Shown here piece after piece: positions 37,991-50,087 of a stretch of 64,000 nt of DNA. This DNA comes from Octopus sinensis (taxonomy: Eukaryota): NCBI RefSeq assembly GCF_006345805.1, contig NC_042997.1:162254001-162318000 (forward strand), in the 5' to 3' direction. Positions within the stretch are counted from its first letter, which is position 1, and the number at the start of each line of letters is the position of its first letter. The notes beneath the pieces were generated by a model. That model was given only the letters and a program-made list of their open reading frames with translations, did no database searches and was not told the origin of the DNA. The translations under genes were made by a program, and so were the position numbers.

Positions 37991-39224
37991 TAATATAGAT
38001 ATGTTGGAGTATCCTGTAATATATTTCAAGTTTGTATTTTGTTTTTAATGTACCCTAAAATTTCGTTAAGGAAACAATATTGTACTCCTTTCGTTCAGCT
38101 TATGTATGTGCAACCAGGCAAGGTGCAGCCAAAACTATGCTATACAGAATGCCCTTCTTTTCTTAAAAAAAAAAGAATAGTGTGTAATTTGAGAGAGAAT
38201 CGAGAGCTATTTCTAGAGGATTAATCAACTGAAGAAAAGTTCCCTCCGTTGAGGAAGGCGATTGAGAACATCTGAATATTTAATACGATGTAGTTTCTCC
38301 AGATTATGCCTGATTTGAAATCCTACTGGAGTCTTTTTTTTAGCTCTTCGTACTTTCGAAATTAATTGAATATATTAATTCTGTTTCTTCCCTAAAGGTA
38401 TACCTAGATGGAATTTAACATACTTAATGTAGGGAGCAAAGAAAGAAGTTTTAATCAATTGGAAGAATGAGAAGAATAGCCATTAGTATTTATGATGGTT
38501 CTCATAGACCGAGACAGAGGAAAAAACCTGAAATTATTTAAAATTAAAACTTGAAGAGAAGAAATGCAGTGGGAACTGAGTTTGATCTTTGGTTCAGGCA
38601 GTAGCATTCTCGGATATGTTTCGGTCTTATTATACCTCCACAGCAAAGGATTACATAGAGGATACTTATCAGGCATTAAAATGACTGAGAACATAGCAAT
38701 TTTAGCGTAAAACCTTCACAGATGAAGTAGTTTAAATAGTGATAGTTGTCTCTTGTATTTTTGATTATAGGGTTAAGTGGTGATTAACATAGCAGTCAAC
38801 TCATTGCTTTAAATCAATTTCTAATCAATAAAACACATACCCCCGACATTCACACACGCACAGAATTGTTTTGTAGTATCTAGTGACAAGCAACGTAGAG
38901 TAGCAGGACTTTCTTAGTGTGGTGAGCCCAATTTCTTTGTGAATCGCTTTCGAAAGTTACATGTGACAAGGATTTAATTGTTCTCATATTACTAACGCCC
39001 TCGAAAAAGATATAAAATTTCTCTTCTATCGCGTCTATAAATATGAGGTTTAGTAGCTATTAAAAATAAATATATATTCTAAAATATTAGTAGGATCTGT
39101 TATTGTTGTGAAGCATAATCTATCCGCGAGACGATATTTGATGTAATTCCTCTAGTTTCGTTAAAACAAGCAATCTATCACAACTAATTGTAATCTATCT
39201 ATCGATCTGTCTGTCTGTTTATGT

Positions 39225-40255
39225 TATGTTTGTATGTATGTATGTATGTATGTATGTATGTTTGTGTGTATGTATGCATGCATGTATGTATGTATGTATG
39301 TATGTATGTATGTATGTATGTATGTATGTATGTATGTATGTATATGTATGTATGTATGTATGTATCTATCTATCTATCTATTTTGTCTGTCTGTCTGTAT
39401 GTCTGTTTGTATGTATGCCTACACCAGCGCAGCTACACACACTCCACCTCACCCTATCTCCATCTCAAGCACGCACGCGCGCACGCGAACACGCACACGC
39501 ACACACACACATGAATCCACTTACATCTCCACTCACACACACACACATGTGCACACATATACACGCGCATACATGCTCTTCCACATATACACGCACGCGC
39601 GCCCATAGACACACACATCCCCACACGCTCACACGTAGACACACACACATATATATACAGAGAGAGAGAGAGAGCGACAGAGTGACACAGACCCACACAC
39701 GCACCCATACACATGTGCACACACACACACACGCAGTTTCTGCCACACACACACACATACACGCTACCATACCTACACACGCTACCATACATACACACGC
39801 TACCACACACATACACACACGCACGGATACACATACCGACCATTTTTACACTCTCCTGCCCCTGAAAGCACTTTCTCTTTGTCCTTCTACTTCTGGTCAC
39901 TTCAAAAATGTAACCACGCGTGGATTATTGGCGATTTTTTTCCTGCTTCTTCCTTCTTCCCATTGGACTTTACTGTTTTTCCTGCTTCCAAAGAAGAGCT
40001 ATACTCGAAATGTAAAACAACTACTCTTTTCCTTCTCCGAGCGTCATATTAATACTTTGCTACGTCCTCACGTTTCTTCTTTTCTTCTTCCCCTGTTTCT
40101 TTCTGTGTTTTTTAAATTAACTATGTATGTGCAGGAAAGATCCGTCCATCCATCCATCCATCCATCCATCCATCCATACATACATACATACATACATATA
40201 TACATACTACATACATATATATGTATATATATATGTGTGTGTGTGTATGTATGTA

Positions 40256-40309
<54 letters not shown>

Positions 40310-40315
40310 ATATAT

Positions 40316-40346
<31 letters not shown>

Positions 40347-40410
40347 GTATGTATGCATGTATGTATGTATGTATGTATGTATGTATGTATGTATGTATGT
40401 ATATGTATAA
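39225..40410. repeat. Microsatellite complex (TATG, CA/AC-rich, CATC, CATA, TA, TATG) with a decayed Penelope-like tail at about 39960-40125
   Basis: Direct reading; the insert is homologous to 31570-31719. Confidence 0.85.
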
Positions 40411-40766
40411 AACAACAGGATTTCACTGCCGGCAGATGTAAGAGTGAATTTCTAGAGCGACACAAGAGATTTGCAACTTTCAGGATATTTCTACTGCATT
40501 GGGTTCGAATATTACAAAGCTGTTACCAAGCTATGAGACACGAATGTAATTCTACTTTGACCAAGTCTAAGTCATCCGTTCACTATGCTTCCTCTATGAT
40601 CACAACTTCCTAAGGTACCCTTGCCTATTATCCAATACAACACCTGTACATTCATCAGATGTAGGCTTTATAACCACTTAACTGCTACAATTGCTACTAT
40701 ATACACTAGTTCATCTTCTAAAACTCTGTTTATCTCATGCATTGCATATGTCCATCCAGACCATAG

Positions 40767-41085
40767 TCAACAACTATAACAGAATTTATGAATCAAATTT
40801 CTCCAGCTACAGCGATCATCAACTAGCTGATACCATTTGTCTGTTGGGATAGACAGATATTTCAGGTTCCGCTTGACAGTGTCCTTGAGTCTCAGTATGG
40901 ACTTACCAATGTTTCGGTAGTTATCTGCCAGTTGCGAAAACATGATTTTCTTTGGGAGTCTATCATCGCCAAGTCTTGTTGTATAATCTGTCCAACGGAG
41001 ATTTATTTGCATCAAGAGTTATTGCATAGATTGAAATCCAGTCTTCCTGAGGACTTCGGAGTTTCAGATATGTTGTTGCCGTCAT
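40767..41085 (-). mobile_element. RTE/BovB-like LINE C-terminal fragment
   Basis: NSEVLRKTG; QINLRW; DDRLPKKIMFSQL; LRLKDTVKRNLK; DDRCSWRNLI. Confidence 0.75.
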
Positions 41086-41720
41086 TGGTAAGTGATGCCA
41101 AGACACCCTCAGCCTTCTTGGAAATTTTAGCAATGTGTTTTGTCCAATGCAGGTCGGTGTCGACAAAAATGCCCAGGTCACGTTCAAAAGAAGACTTTTT
41201 GACATTAGTGTTGTGGAGGGAGTAAGTAGACACTGGGTTTTTCCTCCCAAAATGCATGGTGGTACATTTGTCCACAGCCAGCTTGAGTTGCCAGTCCATG
41301 ATCCACTGCTGCATTGTGTCCAGGTCTAATTGCAATAAAGATCTATAGTGTACAGGATCTGTTCTCTTTATTTCGAGGTACAACTTGATGTCATCTGCAT
41401 ATTTCAGCACTGTGGCAGTCTTTAAGTTGGCATCTATGTCATTAACATATGCAACAAATAAAAGGGGGCCAAGAACAGATCCCTGTGGCACACCAGATGT
41501 CATCTCAGAGGGCGAAGAGTGCTGTCCTTGAACTGTGACAACATCTTTTCGGCCGATTATGATCATGATAGCTCTCAAATGTTGCATATATTCACTATAT
41601 ACAATTTCAAATGGTAATGATCTAAATGTTTCCACTGGGAAGAATAATGTCTTAAATCTTTTATCGAAGATATATTTGACCTTTCGGAGTTATACATGAT
41701 GCAGGTGAATTGAAACTGGA
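41086..41720 (-). mobile_element. CR1-type LINE reverse transcriptase fragment
   Basis: ORF 41012-41635: TSGVPQGSVLGPLLFVAYVNDI; KYADDIKLY; WQLKLAVDKCTTMHFG; ERDLGIFVDTDLHWTKHI. Confidence 0.88.
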
Positions 41721-42057
41721 TCAACTACACCGTGGAAGAGTCATTCTCGCTATTTAATAACAAACAGCAGTAAAATCTACTTTAAGTATGTTTCATGAGT
41801 TGCAGTAGAAATGTGTTTGTAATCAGGCCGCAGTTGTGCAACGAAAATTTTGATACTTCATTAAATAAGTTTAATTTTATAGTGAACTTAATATCTTTGC
41901 TTCATTAAATGGCTAGAATGGGTTTTTTTAACGATATTTTTTTGGCTTTTTCTTTTATAAATATTTAATTCAATCTTTATTTTGTGGGTTTGAAAAATTG
42001 ATTATTTGATTTCGATAAATACATTTCTTCTAACATTAATACGGCATTCACATACAG

Positions 42058-42300
42058 GCATCCATCCATCCATCCATCCACCCATCCATCCATCCATCCA
42101 TCCATCCACACACACACGCACACATACATACATACATACATACATACATACATACATACATACATACATACATACATACATACATACATGCATGCATGCA
42201 TACATACATACATGCATACATGCATACATACATACATACATACATACATACATACATACATACTACATACATACATACATACATACACACATACATACGT
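42058..42300. repeat. (CATC)n/(CATA)n microsatellite
   Basis: Direct reading. Confidence 0.95.
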
Positions 42301-42674
42301 AAGTACCTACATGCATTCGTAAAGACATGTATATGGCTAGCAACCTTCAGAATTCCAAATACAACTTTCTGTTGTTCCTTCATTGAATATTTCTACAATA
42401 TTTATTTTCCGTCCATTCCTACATCAAAGACGATTGAGCTAAAAAGTACTCCATTTCGGGTGAATCCAAATCTCTTACCTTTTCTGATTTATGGATCCGC
42501 CAAAGGAAAAAAAACTCTGTAACTCGCGTAAAAATAAATCGCTCTTCTCGCGACTGAATGCAAATCAGGAATCATTCTCCGAGGAAATATAATTCCTTAT
42601 GTTTATTTTGTGAGTGTTTAGAACAAAGTGGAATACACATTATAGAGTTACACTTTATCATCTTAACTTCAATG

Positions 42675-43110
42675 AGTGCAGGCGACTTCTCTAGCTGTTG
42701 CTGATTTCGTAAGTATAGGTGTCATTCATAAATGAAGCTGGCTTTTACAAGCGCAGTTGCCTTTATGGCTGACTTCTACAAATGTTGTTGACTTTCATAA
42801 GCAAAGGTCTCATAATGGCAGTTAGTGTAACCAATACAGAAAGCTGACTTTTATACGTGCTGTTGAGTTGTACAAACGCAGTAGACTTTTTCAAGTGCAG
42901 ATGGCATGAATATGTGCTTCAGATTTTATAAGTGCAGCAGTTTATAACAAGTGCAACTGACTTATAAAACAGCTGGCTTTTACAGGTGCAGACGACTTCT
43001 ACAACATGCGCAGCGGAATTTCACATCTACTATTGACTTTGATAGCAAGGGAAGCAAATTTTCACCACAAAGTGATTGGCCCCAGCAAAATGTGCAGTAG
43101 ACTTTCACAG
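42675..43110. repeat. Degenerate 18-19-bp minisatellite (consensus near gcagctgacttttacaagt)
   Basis: Recurrent agctggcttttacaagcgc, gctgacttctacaaatgt, gcagtagactttttcaagt, gcaactgacttataa, gcagacgacttctacaa. Confidence 0.6.
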
Positions 43111-43185
43111 TTATATCAGCTCAAGAAGACAAACCGCGACAGATAGACAGACAGACAGACAGACAGACACACACACACACACACA

Positions 43186-43228
<43 letters not shown>

Positions 43229-43983
43229 ACAGAAACAGCAACATATATTTAAGTATATGTGATTATTTTAAATACAAATTTATTTTTAGTCCTCTAAATA
43301 TAACTTTCAATATCGTATTTAATTCCCATGTCTTTCACTTTGAAAACTTCATTTTTATACCAACCCTAATATTGGGTTCCTTGGCTGCTGCTTAAATCGA
43401 CGTTCTTCTAACACTAAGTTTATGAGAATGTACATGTTAACTTGTTAGTCTTTCACAGAAGTAAATGTTCTCACGAGTTCTTGTATCTGTTACAGTTAAA
43501 CTCAGACAAATAACATAAATAGAAGTATCAAAAACATAACGATACGACCCTAATATATTTTTACTCATAATCCATGAACTAGTACTTTAAAACATTTTTT
43601 GACTCAGATATTTCCTTTCTGCCGTCTGCTGAGAATGGCTGGCTGTTTTAGATGCGCATGCAGTCTAACATAAGATACAGTGATATTCTGAAAAGAAGAG
43701 TGACGGTAGCCGCTCGGCTTGTATCTTCACTCACGTCCTGTGTCTTTGAGGTTACTTGTATTTGGTCTCGTGGCGATAAATGTTTTTGTGGTTTAGCGCT
43801 TAGCCCCTATCGAGCAGGCTTATTGAAGATACTACCATGACCATGTCTTCTATTTCAGACACTATTTATCTAGAAAACAGTTTAATGTGTTCTTTCCTTC
43901 CAAGCGAAGTCATCCATGATTTGCAATATTGCAAGGTTGTTACATTTTCTTTACTCATTCCATCTTAACATTTTCTTCCCATT

Positions 43984-44190
43984 TAAGGTGGTGAACTGAA
44001 AGAATCGTTAGCATGCCAGGCGAAATGCTTAGCGGCATTTCGCCCGCCTTTACGTTCTGAGTTCAAATTCCACCGGGATCGACTTTGCCTTTCATCCTTT
44101 CGAGGTCGATAAAATAAGTACCTGTTGAACATTGGGGTCGATTTAAGCAACTTGGCCCCTCCCCCAAACTTGTGCCAAAATTTGAAAGCA
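43984..44190 (+). mobile_element. Family-1 SINE with the alternative tail (tgtgccaaaatttgaaa)
   Basis: gaatcgttagcatgccaggcgaaatgcttagcggcatttcg...gtcgactttgcctttcatcc. Confidence 0.85.
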
Positions 44191-45062
44191 ATATATTCTT
44201 CCAAGTGAGTGATTTTCTAGGCACTCACACAATGTCGCAATTTTTATTTCATCTATTTTTTTTTCCATTTTGCATTTTGACCGTTTCAATCACAATTTTG
44301 TTTATTTCACAACTATATGTAAAAATAAGTTTACATTTTATTAGATCAGTATTGTGAAGGTTTTGATATTTTTTATATTTGACGTTTTGTTTCTCATTGT
44401 GTTAATAACTGTGGCTACGAAAACAGTATTATCTTTCTTTTGGCTCAGACTACTATATGTTTTCATTAGATGAATTAAAGTTTAATATAAAAGGAAGAAA
44501 ATTGTTTTATCATGTCTTGATTATGGCACAAAAAAATCTCAATATTAATTAGCCAAGCATTATACTATGCAGTGTGTATTCTTATATAAAAAGACATTAT
44601 TTTTAGCTCACAGGTCAACATCACAATTACCATACTTAAACACTGTGACTTCATACAAATATGCTATTTGTAGAAACCTATATTGTTAATGACTTTATTG
44701 ATATTTTAGTTATCATTGTGAAACTGTTTTCGTTCTCTCTTTTACCTAACATCATACTTTGAAGATTTGTCATATTTATTTATTACCCACCCAAACTACG
44801 TTTATTCTTATCCAGTCTCAATAACAAGTAACATGACATTCTTTCGGTATGGTCTATTAGTGACATCAATTTATATAGTTTTTAATCAATATTCAGAAGA
44901 TAATCAAAGACTAAAATATCACTAAATTCTTCGTCGTAAAACTACTAATTTATGGAATATAGCACTACGTTTCTATTTCATACGCCACTGTATTAATAAG
45001 TAACGATAAGGCAATGGTATATTTCCAAACTTCATAAATCTTGTTTGTATATTCTTTATTAT

Positions 45063-45385
45063 GAAGGCACATGGCTCAGTGGTTAGAGCGTCGAGGTTGT
45101 GAGTTCGAATCCCGGACCGGACTGCGTGTTGTGTTCTTAAGCAAGACACTTTATTTCACGTTGCTCCAGTTTACTCAGCTGTAGAAATGAGTTGCGACGT
45201 CACAGGTGCCAAAGCTGTATCGGCCTTTGCCTTTCCCTTGGATAAGATCAGTGGTGTGGAGAGGGGAGGCTGGTATGCATGGGCAACTGCTGGCCTTCCA
45301 CAAACAACCTTGCCCGGACTTGTGCCTCGGAGAGTAACTTTCTAGCTGCAATCCCATGGCCAGTCATGACCGAAGGTGGTCTCAG
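45063..45385 (+). mobile_element. tRNA-derived SINE, family 2
   Basis: Homologous along its length to 12870-13190. Confidence 0.88.
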
Positions 45386-46502
45386 ATATTCTTTATTGTG
45401 ATGTTATTTCTACTGTGACTTCATGTTAATTACTATTATTTTTAGTTCTACATTTAAGGCAACGAGCCAGCAGAATCGTTTGCACGCCGGACAAAGTCGG
45501 TAGTGATATCTCATCTAGCTCTTTAACTTTTGAGTTCAAATTCCATCACTGTCGACTTTGTCTTTCTTCTCTTTCGAAATCGATAAAGTAAGTACTGGGA
45601 CCGGTTTTCTTTTTCCCCTCGAAAATGTTGAGCTTCCGTCAAAATTAGAAAGAATTATTTTAGCACCTCCTTGAAAGAACCGCTGGAGTGTCGAACAAAA
45701 TGCTTTGTGATTCTTAGATATGGTTCATTAAGCTATCAGTTCAAATCCTTTCTGAGTCGACCTTGTTTTTTTTAACGTTCTGGGGTAGGGGGAGCTGATA
45801 AAATAAGTACAAAGCAAATATTGGGATCGATATAATCGATTGTTCTCTCATTTGTGAATTTATGTCAGTGTAAAAACTGTGTAATACAGTTACCTGTATT
45901 ATCATCATTACTAAACCCTAATTCTTTTTCGTAATTCTTGATTGGCACTAACATTTTAGTATTTCATTCTGCAAAATTTATTAATAAAGACAAATTTATA
46001 TATTTCAAAGAGCAGCAAACAATGTGGAAAATTTCAAATGTTGAATGTGTAGCATCAATTTCTAATCATAAAAAGTGTCAAAATGCATATAATCCTATGC
46101 CATCAATTTAATTCTATTACCTATTGCTCCTATTTTCTGTATCACATATAACCACTTTTTCATACAGTGGAAACAAATAGAATATGGGAGAAGTGTTGAA
46201 GTAATTAAATTAGTATAATAATAAAGGAATGTATATTTTCAAAGATCAATGTCAGTTGTGGAAAGGATGTTATTACAATTCTGCTTAAATCACTGAAAAG
46301 TAGTTATTGCTAAGGCATAACCATAGATTGTATGTTAATGACTATGAGTGACCCTATGTGATTACTCACAAAATGCTATAAAACATCTTGAATTTATCAA
46401 TACTAATAAAAGAGAAGAGAAATATTGCGAATGATGATGAAAACAAAAAGTGTTACGGGTATTGCTTCATAATATTTTATGAGAGATAAAGAAATATTGT
46501 AA

Positions 46503-46830
46503 ATTCTGTTGTGTCTGGGGAGAGTCGTTTTTTTTTATGCCTTATAAAGTAACATACTCACCGGTAAAATTTCCACTTTTTTCTTAATTTTATTTTCCTA
46601 AACTTTTCGTTGACTCTCAGAGACTCTTAGAGAGTCAATACTATTGAAAAGGTTGCAGACGCAACGGAAATTATAGGGAAAATAAAAATAAGAAATAAGT
46701 GGAAATTTTACCGGTGAGTGTGTTACATTATAAGGCACAAAAAGAAAATGACTCTCCCCAGACACAACAGAATATGCTTCAACACACGAACTCATATAAA
46801 GAATCTTGCAAACCAAATCCAAAAACGAAA
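46503..46830. mobile_element. Foldback element (arms about 46503-46585 and 46690-46773; internal hairpin 46610-46638)
   Basis: attctgttgtgtctggggagagtc... versus ...gactctccccagacacaacagaat; same family as 8404 and 20508. Confidence 0.8.
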
Positions 46831-46885
46831 TATTGTAAAGATAACTTTAAAATACAATATAAGACATCATATGCTGCAACAAAAT

Positions 46886-46891
46886 TTTATT
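46886..46891 (-). terminator. Candidate reflectin polyadenylation signal AATAAA
   Basis: First canonical AATAAA on the minus strand, about 115 nt after the stop codon. Confidence 0.5.
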
Positions 46892-47006
46892 GATATAAAT
46901 TTAAATGTGTCCGAATACTGAGGACGTTAAAAAAATGTGTCAAGTTTCCAATTAACATTAGCCAGTAGAATTTCCGAAAAGTTTTGTCGTTTGTCTGATT
47001 ACAAAA

Positions 47007-48272
47007 TTAAAATCTGTGCATGTTCATCCAGCGCCCATTGAAGTCCATCTCGTAGTGAGACATATCAAAGAATCTTTCTGGGTAGTCGTGGAACCTATGT
47101 CCCCAGTTGTAGTTATAGTGGGGATAATAATTATAGTAGTGGCTCCCTCTGTGGTAATGGTTATAACCAAAGAAAGGATAGGAGTATTGATTGTACATGT
47201 CCATCCAGTTACCGTCGAAATCCATTTGGTAATGGGACATATCATTGAACATGTCGTAATAGTTGTGGTACCTATGTCCCCAACTGTAACTGTTACCCGA
47301 ATGATGATAACCGTTGGAGCCATTGAATGAATGGAAAGGTTGATAGCCATGACCATACATGTTCATCCAGTGACCATTGAAGTCCATCTGGTAGTGGGAC
47401 ATATCAAAGTATCTTTCTGGGTAGTTGTAAAATCTATGTCCCCAGCTGTAGTTAGAGTGGGGATAATAATTGTGGTAGTGGCTCCCCCTATAGTAATGGT
47501 TGTGACCAAAGAAAGGATGGGAGTAATGATTATACATATCCATCCAATGACCATTAAAATCCATCTGGTAATGGGACATATCCATGGATCTCTCGGGATG
47601 GTACATATGCAGGAAATTCATATATGGACAATTCATATAACGCCTGTAATAGTTGTCATATGGACTACAGTGACGTCCGTATCTGTCCATATATTGGCCA
47701 TTCATGTCCATTTGGTAGTGGGACATATCCATGAATCTCTCGGGATGGTACATATGAAAGGAATTCATATATGGACAATTCATATAACGCCTGTAATAGT
47801 TGTCATATGGACTACAGTGACGTCCGTATCTGTCCATATATCGGCCATTCATGTCCATTTGGTAGTGGGACATGTCCATGTATCTCTCAGGATAGAACCC
47901 GTAACGACCATTGTAGTAGCTAGAGTTGTAGCCATGTCTTGAAGAATTGAACATGTAGGAGTAGGGGCTAGAGTAGTGTCCGTGCATGTCCATCCACCTT
48001 CCATACATGTCCATCTGATAACCGGACATATCCATAAACATATCTGGGAAATCCATGAAATAATCAAATCTATGGAACCTATCGAAATCATGGAAACCGT
48101 GATAGTTGTACATAGATCTACCATAGTACCTGTCTTGGTCATGATATCTCCCATCGAAGCCGTAGGATCTGGGGTCAACCATTCTTCCATAAGAATCCAT
48201 GTATCTGCCATGGAAGTCCATTGACATCATGTGCATTGGTTCCATTCTACCGTTGTATCTGTGTCCGTACAT
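47007..48272 (-). CDS. Reflectin (cephalopod structural-colour protein), 421 aa, single coding exon
   Basis: Uninterrupted ORF from ATG 48272 to TAA 47007. N-terminal motif MEPMHMMSMDFHGRYMDSYGRMVDP; seven (M/F)D-X5-MD-X5-M(D/N) motifs, five preceded by PER; rich in Y/M/H/D/G/N/R with no A, I, K or T. The family is certain; the paralog name cannot be assigned. Confidence 0.97.
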   Translation of the reverse strand: MYGHRYNGRMEPMHMMSMDFHGRYMDSYGRMVDPRSYGFDGRYHDQDRYYGRSMYNYHGFHDFDRFHRFDYFMDFPDMFMDMSGYQMDMYGRWMDMHGHYSSPYSYMFNSSRHGYNSSYYNGRYGFYPERYMDMSHYQMDMNGRYMDRYGRHCSPYDNYYRRYMNCPYMNSFHMYHPERFMDMSHYQMDMNGQYMDRYGRHCSPYDNYYRRYMNCPYMNFLHMYHPERSMDMSHYQMDFNGHWMDMYNHYSHPFFGHNHYYRGSHYHNYYPHSNYSWGHRFYNYPERYFDMSHYQMDFNGHWMNMYGHGYQPFHSFNGSNGYHHSGNSYSWGHRYHNYYDMFNDMSHYQMDFDGNWMDMYNQYSYPFFGYNHYHRGSHYYNYYPHYNYNWGHRFHDYPERFFDMSHYEMDFNGRWMNMHRF

Positions 48273-48319
48273 GATGGAATACAAAAACTGGTTACCAATC
48301 TCTGTAAGTTCAATTCAAG

Positions 48320-48352
48320 CTGAAATTAGAAAATATGTGAGTGAGTTACTGA
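48320..48352 (-). promoter_or_regulatory. Splice acceptor and branch point of an intron in the reflectin 5' UTR
   Basis: Minus strand taactcactcacatattttctaatttcAG|cttga; 47 nt upstream of the ATG, with an in-frame TGA just inside the exon. Confidence 0.6.
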
Positions 48353-48485
48353 AAAATTACACAATATATATCTGAAAAATTTTATGGTTTGCATTTTATT
48401 CCCGTCAATGTGCTCTTTACAAATCTACGTATCTATACAGGCAAACAGATAACACACAGATAACGTATAACTTCGCACAAATTTA

Positions 48486-49233
48486 TGTACGTACGTACTT
48501 ACGTACGTACGTATGTATGTATGTATGTATGTATGTATGTATGTATGTATGTATGTATGTATGTATGTATGTATGTATGTATGTATTATTTATGTATGTA
48601 TGTATTATTTATGTATGTATGTATGTATGTATGTATGTATGTATGTATGTACGTATGTATGTATGTATTATGTATGTATGCATGATATTTCATTGAGTTT
48701 TAAGTCCTTCTTTAGAGAGTTCAAGCCAGTCGCTAACAAAGCGACAAGATTGTTTGAGTTAAGAGAGTTCCCGCTGTTTGTAAATATGTGGTTGAGTTGG
48801 TGTGTTGGTCAACTATCGATGCATACACCCAAGTGGGTGCATATATTCATCTAAAGAATCTCAGCTGGAAATCTTTGGAATATCTTACAAATATTCACTG
48901 TACCACTAATAGATTGGATTCGGAGAATCCACGCCAGCTTCTTTTGCATTTTCTTAAAAAAAAAAACCTTGTATTTCTTTTTTTTTCTTGTAATTTGTTG
49001 GTACGTAGCCAGTCAGGGTACAAGTGTTGTAAGTTCCTTTTTAATTCACCATATGTATGTACGTATGTATGTATGTATGTATGTATGTATGTATGTATGT
49101 ATGTATGTATGTATGTATGTATGTATGTATGTATGTATGCATGTATGTATGTATGTGTGTGTGTATGTGTGTGTGTATGTAGGTATGTATGTATATATGT
49201 ATATATGTATGTATGAATGTATGCATGCATACA

Positions 49234-49264
<31 letters not shown>

Positions 49265-49518
49265 ATGTATGTATGTGAGCGTGCATGTATGTGAATATTC
49301 AGTTTATTTCAGGATTTCTTGCCAATAGAGAAAGAACTGGTTTCTAACCTAGATCCAAGGCTCCTTCATTAGAATTTCAGCATCAACAACAGGGTATTTT
49401 TGTATGTATGTATGTATGTATGTATGTATGTATGTATGTATGTATGTATGTATGTATGTATGTATGTATGTATGTATGCATGTATGCATGTATGTATGTA
49501 TGTATGTACGTACGTATG

Positions 49519-49552
<34 letters not shown>

Positions 49553-49688
49553 TGCATGTATGTATGTGCGTACGTATGTATATGTATGTATGTATGTATG
49601 TATGTGTGTGTGTATGTGTGTGTGTGTATGTAGGCATGTATGTATGTATATATGTATATATGTATGTATGAATGTATGCATGCATACA

Positions 49689-49719
<31 letters not shown>

Positions 49720-49945
49720 ATGTATGTATGTGAGCGTGCATGTATGTGAATATTCAGTTTATTTCAGGATTTCTTGCCAATAGAGAAAGAACTGGTTTCT
49801 AACCTAGATCCAAGGCTCCTTCATTAGAATTTCAGCATCAACAACAGGGTATTTTTGTATGTATGTATGTATGTATGTATGTATGTATGTATGTATGTAT
49901 GTATGCATGTATGCATGTATGTATGTATGTATGTACGTACGTATG

Positions 49946-49979
<34 letters not shown>

Positions 49980-50017
49980 TGCATGTATGTATGTATGTAT
50001 GTATGTGCGTACGTATG

Positions 50018-50049
<32 letters not shown>

Positions 50050-50055
50050 TGTATG

Positions 50056-50087
<32 letters not shown>

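Noticed and set aside
39221-40613. Long ORFs such as 39226-40410 (394 aa) and the many MYVC/HTYI ORFs at 42.0-42.5, 48.5-50.2 and 63.6-63.9 kb
   Set aside because: These are translations of TATG/CATA/CA/TA microsatellites, which lack stop codons; no protein signal.
44924-44941. 16-nt inverted match (attcttcgtcgtaaaa) to 6536-6551 and 25415-25430
   Set aside because: A match this short is expected by chance in 64 kb of AT-rich DNA; the flanks do not align.
47016-48224. Plus-strand and alternative-frame ORFs overlapping reflectin (e.g. 47331-47942, 203 aa)
   Set aside because: Shadow ORFs produced by the biased, repetitive codon usage of reflectin.
48273-48284. ORF-track start at 48284 (MYSI...)
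   Set aside because: That codon is TTG; the first in-frame ATG after the upstream TGA is at 48272.
48497-48502. GTAAGT donor-like site on the minus strand close to the reflectin acceptor
   Set aside because: It lies inside the TACG/TATG microsatellite with no exon-like or promoter-like sequence behind it; not excluded, but less plausible than 51611.
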